The position numbers were made by a program, and so were the translations under genes. Below the pieces are notes generated by a model. That model had not been told where the DNA came from. It did not search any database and saw only the letters and a list, made by a program, of their open reading frames with translations. 59,956 bases of DNA from a virus (taxonomy: Duplodnaviria; Caudoviricetes): positions 1-59,956 of the IMG/VR virus record IMGVR_UViG_3300049141_000020, one strand, 5' to 3'. Below are positions 37,380 to 47,700 of this stretch, in pieces. Each line of letters begins with the position of its first letter. Position 1 is the stretch's first letter.

Positions 37380-38263
37380 TGGCAACCCCTATGACCGCTG
37401 CCGAGATAGTCAAGCAGCTCAAGAAGTTCGGTATCCCCTATGCCGAGTACAAGGATTGGAAGACCCACAACCGCAACCACAAGGGCGCATGGGGTCCCGT
37501 TCACGGCCTGATGGTGCACCACACCGGTTCTGATTCCAAGGACCAGCGCGAGCTTCTGTACAAGGGCACTGCGTCCCTTCCCGGCCCTCTCTGCCAGTTC
37601 GGCCTTGACCAGGCGGGCAGAATTCACCTCGTCGGATGGGGTCGCGCTAATCACGCAGGCGCCGGCGACGATGACGTGCTTGAGGCCGTCATCGCCGAGA
37701 AGGGCATCCCTAACGACAACGAGTCCAACACAGACGGGAACTCGCGCTTCTACGGCGTGGAGATTTGGTACGCGGGGAATCGCCCGATGACCGAAGCGCA
37801 GTACCAGACGCTTCGGCTCCTCAGTGCGGCAATCTGTGACTTCCACGGCTGGGACGAGCACAGCGTCATCGGTCATGGAGAGTGGGGCTCGCCGGGCAAG
37901 TGGGACCCCGGCTACCGTCCTGGCCGGATGATGGACATGGACAAGGTCCGGGCCGACATCAAGGTGACCCTGGCCAAGTCCAAGCCCGTCGAGGACAAGG
38001 CTGAGCATGCTCCGAAGCCCAAGGCGCCGGCCTTCCCTGGCTCCAAGTATTTCCGGCCGGGCTCAAGCAACGCTTACGTCACCCAGCTCGGGAAGCAACT
38101 CGTGAAGAAGGGCTACGGCCGCTTCTACCGCGTGGGCCCTGGTCCTCGTTGGTCCGAGGCTGACCGATCAGCGGTGCGGGCCTTCCAGAAGGCCCAGGGG
38201 TGGGCCGGCAGTGATGCCGACGGCTATCCCGGTCCCGAGACCTGGCGTCGGCTGTTCAAGTGA
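37379..38263 (+). CDS. Endolysin: N-acetylmuramoyl-L-alanine amidase with peptidoglycan-binding domain
   Basis: VHHTG, ANHAG, YGVE, IGHGE..KWDP; AFQKAQGW..ADGYPGPETW. Confidence 0.92.
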   Translation: MATPMTAAEIVKQLKKFGIPYAEYKDWKTHNRNHKGAWGPVHGLMVHHTGSDSKDQRELLYKGTASLPGPLCQFGLDQAGRIHLVGWGRANHAGAGDDDVLEAVIAEKGIPNDNESNTDGNSRFYGVEIWYAGNRPMTEAQYQTLRLLSAAICDFHGWDEHSVIGHGEWGSPGKWDPGYRPGRMMDMDKVRADIKVTLAKSKPVEDKAEHAPKPKAPAFPGSKYFRPGSSNAYVTQLGKQLVKKGYGRFYRVGPGPRWSEADRSAVRAFQKAQGWAGSDADGYPGPETWRRLFK

Positions 38264-38274
38264 GAGGGGGGCCG

Positions 38275-38481
38275 ATGACCAACTTCGTTTCCAAGCACGG
38301 GGTTCGGATCTATTCCGTACTCGCGGCCCTGGTGCCAGCGCTCGTACTCGTCTGGCCCCGCGTCCCCTGGGAAGCTCTCGTGGCTGCTTCCGCGGCTCTG
38401 CTTGGTGTCGGTGTGGCTGCGGCCAGGCACGAGGACACCAAGACGTCCGAAGCCGAGCTTCGAGACAAGTCGGCTGAGTAG
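38275..38481 (+). CDS. Holin (2 TM)
   Basis: Two hydrophobic helices and a charged C-terminus after the endolysin. Confidence 0.75.
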   Translation: MTNFVSKHGVRIYSVLAALVPALVLVWPRVPWEALVAASAALLGVGVAAARHEDTKTSEAELRDKSAE

Positions 38482-38534
38482 CCGACCACATACTGAGGCA
38501 GAGGGGTCTGCTTCGGGTTGAGAGAGAAAGAACT

Positions 38535-38560
38535 GCCCCCGGCTTCGGCCGGGGGCTTTT
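38535..38560. terminator. Terminator between the convergent lysis and lsr2 genes
   Basis: GCCCCCGGC-TTCG-GCCGGGGGC-TTTT. Confidence 0.75.
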
Positions 38561-38583
38561 CTTTGTTTCCGGGGACCTCAAGC

Positions 38584-38922
38584 TCAGCCGTTGGCCTTCG
38601 CGTACGCCTCGCGGATGGTCGCGGGGACACGGCCTCGGTCGTTGACCTCGTACCCGTTCTCCTTGGCCCATGCGCGGATCGCTGCTGTGTCCTCGCTGCT
38701 GGACTTGGCTGCCGCCCCACGCCCGCGACCGCTGGCGCCACCCTTGCCACCTGTCTTCCGCCCCGCCTCGGTGTACGGCTTCAGGATTTCCCGCAGCTTG
38801 TCCGCATTGGCGGTCGTGAGGTCGATCTCGTACGTCTTGCCGTCCAACCCGAACGTCAGCGACTCATCGGCCTCCTTGCCCGTGAGGTCGTCGATGAGCT
38901 TGGTGATAATCTGCTGGGCCAT
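38584..38922 (-). CDS. lsr2: Lsr2 nucleoid-associated protein
   Basis: LIDDLTG..FGLDGKTYEIDL; AIRAWAKENGYEVNDRGRVP. Confidence 0.93.
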   Translation of the reverse strand: MAQQIITKLIDDLTGKEADESLTFGLDGKTYEIDLTTANADKLREILKPYTEAGRKTGGKGGASGRGRGAAAKSSSEDTAAIRAWAKENGYEVNDRGRVPATIREAYAKANG

Positions 38923-39031
38923 CTCTAATTCCTGCCTTCTGCATGTGTGGTGTGCGTATGAAACCACAAGGAGAGGACGCCCGACACATCGACCGTCGAA
39001 CGCCTGAACGTGGTGGAGATGTGTGAACTGA

Positions 39032-39793
39032 CTACCGGGTAAGGGTAGGGGCGCCGGCCAGGTGCTGTCTGCGCAACTCAGAGAGCGGCAGCGAGTAGGA
39101 GACGCCCTTCCGTCTCTGTCTCAGCATCGAGACGTTCCCAAGCATGTCCCTCAAGGACTGCTCTTGCGCTTCCGCGTATGCGAAGCGCTCGGGCAACACC
39201 TCAAGAGTGTGCTTCCACTGCTTCTGTCCAGCTCGCACGCAAAGACCGCCGCAGTTGTTGTGCTCGTAGCCGAGCGCGTACAGCCGCGGCGGCTCGATAC
39301 CGTACCACCGAGCCAGATCCATGAGTTGGGCTTTTGAGTCCTCCTTGCTCAGCTCCGGCATCCATTTGCCGCACAACGGGAACTGAACGCGCCAGGGCTT
39401 CCAGTTGCGGGCGATGTCCGGGATTCGGGCACGGTCGCGTTTGGTCTTCTCGATGCCGATATAGACCACCGAGTCACTGACGGGAGCGTGCGCCTTCATC
39501 CACTTGCGGCACGGGATTTGCTTCAGATACTTCGTGCACGGGGTGATCCGATCGTTGCCCAAGAACCGCTTGTCCCGGAACAGCTCCCACGGATTCCGGC
39601 CGTCTGCGACCTTTGTCAGAGGCACTCCAAGAAGCTCGCTGGTGTCGTCGGCGAACCTCCACAAGTCGTCGTCCTCAGCCTTGGTGTCCGCAATCAGAAG
39701 CGTCATGTTGCTGGTGCCGTACTTCTCTGCCACCCACACGGCGGCCCCGAAACTGCCCATGCCGCCGCTGAGCTGGACAACGTGAAGCGTCAC
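39032..39793 (-). CDS. PAPS-reductase-like (adenine nucleotide alpha-hydrolase) protein
   Basis: VVQLSGGMGS PP-loop-like motif, CTKYLK, HNNCGGLCV. Confidence 0.75.
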   Translation of the reverse strand: MTLHVVQLSGGMGSFGAAVWVAEKYGTSNMTLLIADTKAEDDDLWRFADDTSELLGVPLTKVADGRNPWELFRDKRFLGNDRITPCTKYLKQIPCRKWMKAHAPVSDSVVYIGIEKTKRDRARIPDIARNWKPWRVQFPLCGKWMPELSKEDSKAQLMDLARWYGIEPPRLYALGYEHNNCGGLCVRAGQKQWKHTLEVLPERFAYAEAQEQSLRDMLGNVSMLRQRRKGVSYSLPLSELRRQHLAGAPTLTR

Positions 39794-39817
39794 GTGCACT
39801 CCTGTAAAGTGAATGCG

Positions 39818-39852
39818 AACGGCCCCGGACACATCGACTGTCCGGGGCCGTT
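39818..39852 (-). ncRNA. Conserved-loop RNA hairpin (loop GUCGAUG), one of four copies
   Basis: Other copies at 38976-39004, 45241-45269 and 50163-50193 with covarying stems. Confidence 0.7.
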
Positions 39853-39865
39853 TTGCTGTGCTGGG

Positions 39866-41434
39866 TTACTTGCCCGTCCTGCGCCACTCGTCGCACCGGC
39901 GCTTCCAGTAGCGCCGAGCTGCCTCGGTGTTGGCGTCCTCGGCCAGTTCCAGGAAGTTGGCCGGCACCTCGTAGTCACCTGGCGACGTGGGCTCCTCCAC
40001 GGCCGCGGGCTCGGACTCGCGCAGGGGGGTCTGTGCGGGAGCCCAGTGGATCTGAGAGACCAGACCGCAGGTGATGACCTTCTCGTTCGTCTTCACGTCG
40101 ATCAGGTCGTAGCGGCCCTCTCCGGTGTAGATGACGTTGACCTTCACCCAGTTGCCCGGCTCGGGGTTCCTCTTCCCGGCCTTGCCGCCGAACCAGATGA
40201 CCAGCCCGCGAGAGTGGTACCGCCCCGGCAGGCCCATGACATTGCGAAGCTCTCCCGACCTCCACTTGGCCGGAGTTCCCGGCTCCTGGTCCTGGTGCTC
40301 GTCGTCCTCCAGGACCTCGCCCTCGTACATCTCGGAGAGCTGCTTGAGCTGCTGCCCGATGCCACCCTTCAGCGGCGCTTCCGCGTCCGGCCAGATCATG
40401 CGAGCCCAAGCCACATAGTCCTGCCCACCCAGGACAGTCACCTTGGCGTCCTTGAGCCCCAGCCTCTCGACCTGCTGACTCAGGACCCCGTATCCCACAC
40501 TTCCGGGCTGCCCCATCCGCACGTTGTAGTTCTCGATCTCCTCACTGAGAGGGATGAGACCGTACTTCGCACTGAGCACCATCGTGGGGCCGTCCATGAC
40601 CTCGGCGGCCAACCGGCAAGCCTCGAAGTAGTTTCCGATGTACCTCTCGTCCGCAGGGATCTTCCCCGGCTTCTGCGACTTCTTTCCGCCGCAGGCGATG
40701 ACGACCAGGCGCTTCCGCTGCTCCTCAGAGCCTCCCCGGCCGCTAATGGCCTGCATGAGTCCCGCGGCCGTCAAGAGACCGTCCTCGTCCTTCTCGGGCT
40801 CCGGGGCCTGGTCCTCGTCTTCGCCGGTCCCGAGGTAGCCGTTGATGAGCCGTTGTGTCTTCTCGTACGGCTCGGTGTAGGTCCCGATGAACTTCCGCAC
40901 GGCCCGCTGCACGGCGGGAGTCGGGTGGTCCCACTGCTTCTTCAGATGATCCAGGAGCCATCCCAACGTGGCGTGGATGACCCGGCCAGAGGTACCGGCC
41001 GATGCCCAACTCAGGTGGCCGAGTTCGGACTGCACGGCCTTTGGGATGCCCTTGGCCTTCCCACGGGACAGGTCGTACGGGGAGGGGAAGAGGCCCGCGA
41101 CGCTCTTCGGGAACTTGACCTCGTGCCGGGTCTCCCGGGGGTCATCTGGGGTGTACTCCAGCTCGTACTTCAACATGCTCTTGGCGGCCATGACGTTGTT
41201 GCCGTTGTCACTGTCCAACCAGCCACGGGCGAGCTTGAGCACCACACCCAGGGCATCGTTCGTCAGGTCGAGGTCGATCGAGTTCATGTTGTTCCGGCCC
41301 TGCGCCTCCAGCTCCCTCGCGCCGGCCTCGCAGGCCGCCATGAGTTCCCGCTCCCCCTGCGTCTTGGGCTTCACGGTCCTCATGACGTGCTTCCGAAGCT
41401 GTGCGGGCACTCGCAGAGTCTTAGTGTTGGACAT
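39866..41434 (-). CDS. Multidomain protein with a DUF6884-like domain
   Basis: VVIACGGKK...ADERYIG..F...VLSAKYGLI...LGGQDY...GIGQQL. Confidence 0.65.
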   Translation of the reverse strand: MSNTKTLRVPAQLRKHVMRTVKPKTQGERELMAACEAGARELEAQGRNNMNSIDLDLTNDALGVVLKLARGWLDSDNGNNVMAAKSMLKYELEYTPDDPRETRHEVKFPKSVAGLFPSPYDLSRGKAKGIPKAVQSELGHLSWASAGTSGRVIHATLGWLLDHLKKQWDHPTPAVQRAVRKFIGTYTEPYEKTQRLINGYLGTGEDEDQAPEPEKDEDGLLTAAGLMQAISGRGGSEEQRKRLVVIACGGKKSQKPGKIPADERYIGNYFEACRLAAEVMDGPTMVLSAKYGLIPLSEEIENYNVRMGQPGSVGYGVLSQQVERLGLKDAKVTVLGGQDYVAWARMIWPDAEAPLKGGIGQQLKQLSEMYEGEVLEDDEHQDQEPGTPAKWRSGELRNVMGLPGRYHSRGLVIWFGGKAGKRNPEPGNWVKVNVIYTGEGRYDLIDVKTNEKVITCGLVSQIHWAPAQTPLRESEPAAVEEPTSPGDYEVPANFLELAEDANTEAARRYWKRRCDEWRRTGK

Positions 41435-41502
41435 TCGTCCGAGCTCCTAACCTTGGAAACGAAAAAGGCGCCCCGTAGGGCGCCTTGGATTGCTTGATAG
41501 TC

Positions 41503-41856
41503 CTAGTTGCGGACTACCACTTCTGTGTCGCTGATGATCTGGAGGCGGCTCGCGTCATAGTCGGCCAGCTCCAGTGCGACCCTCAAAACTTCGGGGCGTA
41601 CCTTGACCGTTGTGTTGACCGGGCCACTCCGAGAGGCTTTGCGTAGACCTCGGGAGATGCGGCGGTTCGTCCGCTGGCGCCGCTTCTCCTTCTCTTCCTC
41701 ATCGCGCAGGCGCCACTCGTCGGCTCCCTTCTTGAGGGCCTTCTCTCTGGCGGCAGAGATGTTGCTTATCCGACCGGCTGACTCGCCACACATGAGCTGC
41801 TGCCTTCTTGCCTGTGTTCGTGGCCGCCTGGGTCGGTCGGGCCCCAGTGTCACCAC
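41503..41856 (-). CDS. Hypothetical basic protein
   Basis: ORF in the leftward block; start uncertain. Confidence 0.5.
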   Translation of the reverse strand: MVTLGPDRPRRPRTQARRQQLMCGESAGRISNISAAREKALKKGADEWRLRDEEEKEKRRQRTNRRISRGLRKASRSGPVNTTVKVRPEVLRVALELADYDASRLQIISDTEVVVRN

Positions 41857-41919
41857 CTGTCAACTCCCCGTGATCTCCCAGTGCCCAAGCGTATAGGCCT
41901 AAAAACATGAACTTAGGAG

Positions 41920-43239
41920 TCACAGGAGTGCGGCGAAGGGGTTGCTGGGGACAGGGACAGGATCCAGCTCGGGCTGCGGCTTCTGCGCCTGGCCGATGAC
42001 GACCTTCAGTTGCGGCTTGCCGCGCTGCTCCTGCTCCTTGGGGTCGACCAAGCGGTACATGATCGATGGAGCCCCGCGGCCTTCGCGCTTCACCTTGACC
42101 ATCTCCACGTCGTCCATCTCCTCGACGGCCGCCTTGATGCCGGCCGCGTTCATCTTTCCCCAGAGAGGGCGAAGCAGGTCAGACGCGTTGGCCTGCCCTC
42201 CGTGCTTCTTCAGCACATCCCGGATCAGCTCCTCGGGCGTCTTCATCGGCTTGGCCGAGCCGCCGTCAGTGGCCGCGTCCTTCACCAGCTGCTCGACGCT
42301 GGCCATGGACTTAGAGACGAAGGCCCACGCCGCCTCAACCGCGTCAGGGCCGATCTCTTCCGTCATCACAGTGGATGACAGCACGGCAGCCACCCGCTTG
42401 ACCTGCTCCGCGGACCGCTCCATGTACGACGCCAACAGTTCGGGCAACTGCGCCATTTTGGTCTCGACCTCGGCGCGGATTTCGTCGTACCGCTCTCCAG
42501 CTTTCTGGCTGAAGTACATGACGCGATCTTCCTCGGTGGCCCACTCGAAAGCCTCCCTCAGATCGCTTGTGTCCGGGATCTCCCACTTGTTGTTGTAAGG
42601 CAGCATCTTCGACGCCTCGACCAGGACGGGGAGGAGACGGTTGTACGAGCCTCCCAGAGCCTCGCTGCTGCTCACGTACTTGGCCCACTCCCCCGGAGTG
42701 ATGTGGGCAGTGAAGCCGAGAAGCGGCTGAGCCACGGACTGAAGCCCGTCCTTCTTGGTCCGGTTGGAGATGGGCTTGCCGTCCCAAGCGGTCCGGAACA
42801 TGGTACTGAACTTGCTGCACTTCTTCTGGTCCTTGAGGACCTGCGCCCATTCCTCTTCGATGACGACACAGCGGCCGTCAATGCCGCCGTCCTGGCCCAT
42901 CGTTTCCAGTTCCAGCTTGGACAGCGTGTCAACCAGCGTCGGACCGTTCGCGATGCCCGACTTCCGTCGAGTGTGAATGAACCCACCGATCACCTTGTTC
43001 AGCACGGCCGAAGCCGTGCCGAGCGCGTACCCCTTACGCCCGAGGGCACTGCGGCCGGCGAGCACGGTCCACACCACGACCGGGCGCTTGTCGTCCAGAC
43101 GGACGGTGCGGCTGATCGCCGCCGAGTACAGCGACAGGCAGGTGGCCCACACGCCGATGGGATCGGCCTCACTGGTCGGCATGGCCGCAGCAACGGCCTT
43201 ACCCATCGGACCGAATGCCATGTTCTCGAACGTCGTCAT
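41920..43239 (-). CDS. DUF3987/YfjI-like P-loop protein
   Basis: EADP, GRSALGRKG, FRTAWDG, HITP.E, NRLL. Confidence 0.7.
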   Translation of the reverse strand: MTTFENMAFGPMGKAVAAAMPTSEADPIGVWATCLSLYSAAISRTVRLDDKRPVVVWTVLAGRSALGRKGYALGTASAVLNKVIGGFIHTRRKSGIANGPTLVDTLSKLELETMGQDGGIDGRCVVIEEEWAQVLKDQKKCSKFSTMFRTAWDGKPISNRTKKDGLQSVAQPLLGFTAHITPGEWAKYVSSSEALGGSYNRLLPVLVEASKMLPYNNKWEIPDTSDLREAFEWATEEDRVMYFSQKAGERYDEIRAEVETKMAQLPELLASYMERSAEQVKRVAAVLSSTVMTEEIGPDAVEAAWAFVSKSMASVEQLVKDAATDGGSAKPMKTPEELIRDVLKKHGGQANASDLLRPLWGKMNAAGIKAAVEEMDDVEMVKVKREGRGAPSIMYRLVDPKEQEQRGKPQLKVVIGQAQKPQPELDPVPVPSNPFAALL

Positions 43240-43259
43240 TTCTTAATTCCTCCCCTTGA

Positions 43260-43451
43260 TCAGGCGCTAAGCGCCATGTCCTCGGTGTCGCGCAGGGCCT
43301 CACGAAGCAGGCCCTTGAACTTGCTCCCGTGCTCGTCGCACAGGTCGTACTCGTCGCCGTCGATCTTCAGCTCAACCGTCGCCGGAATCTCGCCCAGGCC
43401 CTTCTTCTTGCACCCGTCGCAGTAGATCGTCGTAATGATCTTGCGAGCCAT
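43260..43451 (-). CDS. Stand-alone Lsr2 N-terminal-domain-like protein
   Basis: MARKIITTIYCDGC...LKIDGDEYDLCDEH..KF..LL. Confidence 0.65.
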   Translation of the reverse strand: MARKIITTIYCDGCKKKGLGEIPATVELKIDGDEYDLCDEHGSKFKGLLREALRDTEDMALSA

Positions 43452-43566
43452 TTGGACAGCCCCCTTGCTGTTGTGTGGAAGTGAGTACGAACTCAGCGAG
43501 AGTTCATGGAAAAAGGCCGAGACCATCAGGTCTCGGCCTTCGCCATCAGCCATCGCTAACGCGCGC

Positions 43567-44318
43567 TCACCAACGGTTCTGCGGGTGCTCCTTCAACCGC
43601 CCCCGAGGGACGGTCACGACCTGGTTCCGCCCGGACTTCTTCACCCGGTACCTGCCGTCCGGTCGGATCCTCTTCACGCGGCCGGCACAGAGGACCGAGC
43701 CGTCTCGGCGCAGTATGTAGACGTAGTCCTTGGGCTTCAGCTCACACACGTCCAGACTCCTCAAGAGTTCCCGGCCGGACTGCCACACCTCTACAGCGCG
43801 TGAGACGAGGGAGAGTGTCACTTCGCAAGGTCCGGGGTACACGGAGGCAATCCGCCCGCAGTCTGCGAACACGTCGTCCAGCGCGGCAAGGCTCTTTCTG
43901 AGATCAGGGATGGCCGCAGCCTCAGCAGCCCGATCGACGACATAATTTGAATGCCTCAGGAACTTGCCCATCATGCTCACTTCACGGCCTCCCACTTCCC
44001 GCGATCCTTGCTGGGCATCGCCGCAGGGCTGAACCACTTGAAGAAGGCGAAGCCCGCGAGGCTGCGAGCGAGCTGTCCGGGGAGGGGCGGGACGTGCGCC
44101 AGTCCCCAGTAGACGCACATGTCGAAGTCCCCGCTTTCCGGGGTGTACCCGAGTGGCTCCTGCGCCGTGCAGTCGTAACGGTGTGGCTCCATCGGCTCGC
44201 CGGCCGCGTTGCACAGGATCAGGGAGTAATCGGCACTGCCGGGCGTCCACGCGATCTTCACCGCGAGGTTCACCAGCTCTCCCGGCACCAACCCGACTGC
44301 GAAGTGCTCGTGCTTCAC
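43567..44318 (-). CDS. Two hypothetical proteins (43567-43974, 43977-44318)
   Basis: Closely packed ORFs in the leftward block. Confidence 0.55.
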
Positions 44319-44719
44319 TGAATTCCTTTCGCTTCGTTATATGCCTCGACCACCCGCCGCGGGATGCGGCCACGGGTACCGACGAAGTAGCCGTTCTCAC
44401 GGCCCCACTCACGCATGTCGCGCATGCGCTGCTTGTGCTCGTAAGCCTTCTGCATGACTGCACGCGCCTCGGCGTCTCTCCGCTGCGATTCCTCCTCCGC
44501 CCGCTTCCTTCGCTCCAACTCAGCGAGATAGCTGGGGTACTGACTGTTGAACAGCCGATACTCAGGCGGGAGCACCGGGCCATCGTCGTCCTCGCGACGC
44601 AGGCCCTTAAAGCGGATGAACCACTTCACAGTCTCGTCGTCGTACTCGGTGGACTCGTCCGGTCTGGGCTCCCGTGGAGGCTTCTTCTCGTCCACCTCGT
44701 AGACGCCCTGGAGGATCAC
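44315..44719 (-). CDS. Protein with a C-terminal Lsr2 DNA-binding domain
   Basis: MREWGRENGYFVGTRGRIPRRVVEAY. Confidence 0.78.
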   Translation of the reverse strand: MILQGVYEVDEKKPPREPRPDESTEYDDETVKWFIRFKGLRREDDDGPVLPPEYRLFNSQYPSYLAELERRKRAEEESQRRDAEARAVMQKAYEHKQRMRDMREWGRENGYFVGTRGRIPRRVVEAYNEAKGIQ

Positions 44720-47700
44720 CCCATCTTCCTTCGCATATCGATCAGGCCAACCAAACGAACGGCAGCTTCCTTGCGCGTCTTGTGGTCGGTGGACTTCTTT
44801 TCGTCCAGCCCCCGCGCGTACCAGGTCCTACGGTTGCGGTGCACATGGCCGGCCAGCGCCCCATCCACGTAGACCGGGTAACGCCCCCACTCGTCTCGAC
44901 GGCCGAAGGTGTAACGGCCTTCCGGATTCGCCGGGACCGGTGGCGTGGTCTCGCCGATGTAGCGGACCGTGAAAGCGGTTCCCACCGGAACCCACGAGAG
45001 CGCCCAGATTCTCGCGGCGGTCAGCACGCGATCCTTCGTGTCATCGGTGAGAACATGACGGATGAGCGGCGGCAAGAGTGCGTCGCACTCAAGGGTCACC
45101 TCGATCTCGGGGTTCTTCTCCGCGCACTTCTTGTGACTGTGCTCCGTCACGAAAGTGGCGGTGTGCTCCTCTTCGAACTCGGGAGCCCACTCGACATAGG
45201 CCAAGTGCATGAGATTTCCTTCCTCCAGCGGCCATGGAAAAGGCCCGGACGCATCGACCGTCCGGGCCTCTCGACAAGCCCGCTAGCGCAAGAAACGGCG
45301 CTGGTAGGCATCGAATATGGCGGTCCTCAGTGCCTCGTTCTCGTCCAGGCTCTTGACCTTGGACCAGGCCAGGACCGTGAAGACCACGCTCAGATCAACG
45401 TCCGTGAATTTCCACGGTCCCTCATCCAGGTTTCGGGACATTCGCATGATGGCGTTTACCTTCTCCGTGCCGCTGAACGAGGGCCGACGGTAGTAATCAG
45501 TCGCAAGCCATCGCTTGAGCCGGGCGCGGACGAATGCCGCCTGAAGACGGCTGTAAGGGTGGATGGTCACCGTCGTCTCATCCGGGCACCAGCCCAGCCC
45601 CGTACGGTGCAACTCGAACTCGACGGGACGAATCCAGGGCTTCTTCACTGCGCCTCCCAGTCAAGGGTGTCGATGATCGGGACGTAGAACCACCTGTCCG
45701 GGTCAGTGCCGTGGGCACGGGCGTTCCTCTCGTGGAGGTCACGAGAGAGCCGCTTGCAGGAGTCGCACATGAACCGGTTCCCCTCGGGCGTCTTACACAG
45801 AGGCCCGCGACTCTTCCGGCAGTAGAAGCAGGTGGCTCCGCCCTCGACGTGCTCGAAGACCGTGAAGGACTTCTTGCTCCAGCCCAGCTCGCCCCTGTAC
45901 TCCCGCACCACGATGGCGTGAGGAAGGTCCTCGGCCTTTCGGAAAGCGTCCCGCCACCGGTCATCCCAGAGGATGTCTGACGGCGGCCCTCCGAACGCCT
46001 CACACGTGTTGTGATCGTCCGTCTTGTTCGTGCAGGGAAAAACGCTGTAGCGCCAGCTCACTGCTTTTCCTCTCCCTTGGCGTAACCGGCCACCATGGAC
46101 CGGATGTAGTGGCGAGCGATGGGACTTGCGTTTTCTGCGGTTTCCTTCATGCCCTGCACCCATTCCGCGTTGCCGCCCGAGGCTCCGGGGTCCACGTGGA
46201 TTTCGGTGATGTTCAGGTCTTCGGCCCGTACCATCAGCCCGTCGCGGAAGTACCACAGCGTGGTTTCCCCGTCCGGATCACGCTCGACGATGATTTCGAC
46301 AGCCATTACGCGTCCTCTCGAATGTCGCTCCAGGCGTGAAGGGTCGTGGACGCCGGGACTCCCGGCTTGATCTCGGCGGAAGTGATCCACATTCCCGACT
46401 TGAGGAGACCCTCCTTCTGCATGTGAGCCGTGACGGCCTCCTCGGCCCTGTTACCGGCCTCGTTCGGATGCTCAGCGTTGACCACCAGCGTCCAACCGAG
46501 TTCCTCCACCTCGGCCTTGAGTTCGGGGAAGAAGGTGTTGACCTCGACATCAACGGTCCAGACGTTGGTGTCGAAGTGCTCCTCCGGCTGGTCACAGTCC
46601 TCGCAGTGGTCCGCAATGATCTGCGCGGCGGTGTTGGGGTAACGGAAGGAACGCATGAGGTCCGCGTACGCCTTGGCCTCCTCGCACGTCAGCGTGCAGG
46701 AGTAATCCGTGATGAGAGTCGAAGCGAGGCCCGTATTCGTCCACGTCTTGACGAACGCCTCAGCGGCGGCCAGCTTGCGGGCGTATTCCTTACGGACCCT
46801 CTTGGGGTACTTGCGGGACATGATCTGTTTCCTCTCTCTCGGTTGACCGTGGCGAACGGCCGGGAATTCCCGGCCGCCACCAAACAGGAACCGCGCAGAG
46901 GTCAGTCCGTCGAGTAGCACTGCTCGACGGGAATTCCTTCCTTCTCCGCTTCCTTGATGCAGCCCTCAGCGCACTCGACGAAGAACGCCAGAGCCTTACG
47001 CGCTCCGTCGTCGTCGGAACCCGCGTAGTCGTACTTCGAATTGCTGACCGGCACGAGATCCTGGCGGGGGCCGCAGATGGCGAACATGGAGGTTCCGAGG
47101 CGCATCATGGAATTGGCCTTGCGCTTCCGGCTCGGGACCTCGTGGAAGTACGTCCCGGCAATGGTCCGCTGGACCTTGACACGGACGGTCGTGCCATCCG
47201 AAAGCGTCTCCTGGTACTTGGGCATGGGCGTTCTCCTTCAGAGGGTCGCGATCAGGGGATTGGCGGGCTCTTCGCCCTCGGCCGGCTCGGGCTGGTCCTG
47301 GTCCTGGTGCTCGTCGGGCTCGTCCTCATCGCTCATGAAGTCCGCCCAGCCGTCGTGAGCGTCGGCCCACCAATTCGCGGCCTCGTCGTATCCGGCCGTC
47401 CTCAGCAGGTCCACGAGAGGGAACAGCTCGGTCACGGAGAAGGCGTTAGCCGTGTCATGCGCCAGCTCCTCGTCATCGAGCTTTTCCACGAGGTTCATCG
47501 CGGCAGCGACCAGCAGCTCACGACGCCGGTTCAGCTTCAGCAGCTCGTCAACGTTGGTGACGAGATCCGTGAGCGCGTCGGAGTGCTCGTCGATCTTCAC
47601 GACGACGTAGTTCTGCTTCTCGTGCAGCTGCGTGTCCGAGTGCACGAGTGCGGTGAGGGCCGCTTCGCGCATCTTGCGACGCTCAAACCAGTTGGTGATG

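Noticed and set aside
39488-41497. 669-aa + strand ORF, and similar long ORFs such as 27880-29511, 18965-20068 and 7877-8803
   Set aside because: Antisense shadows of real genes in high-GC DNA; no motifs or RBS
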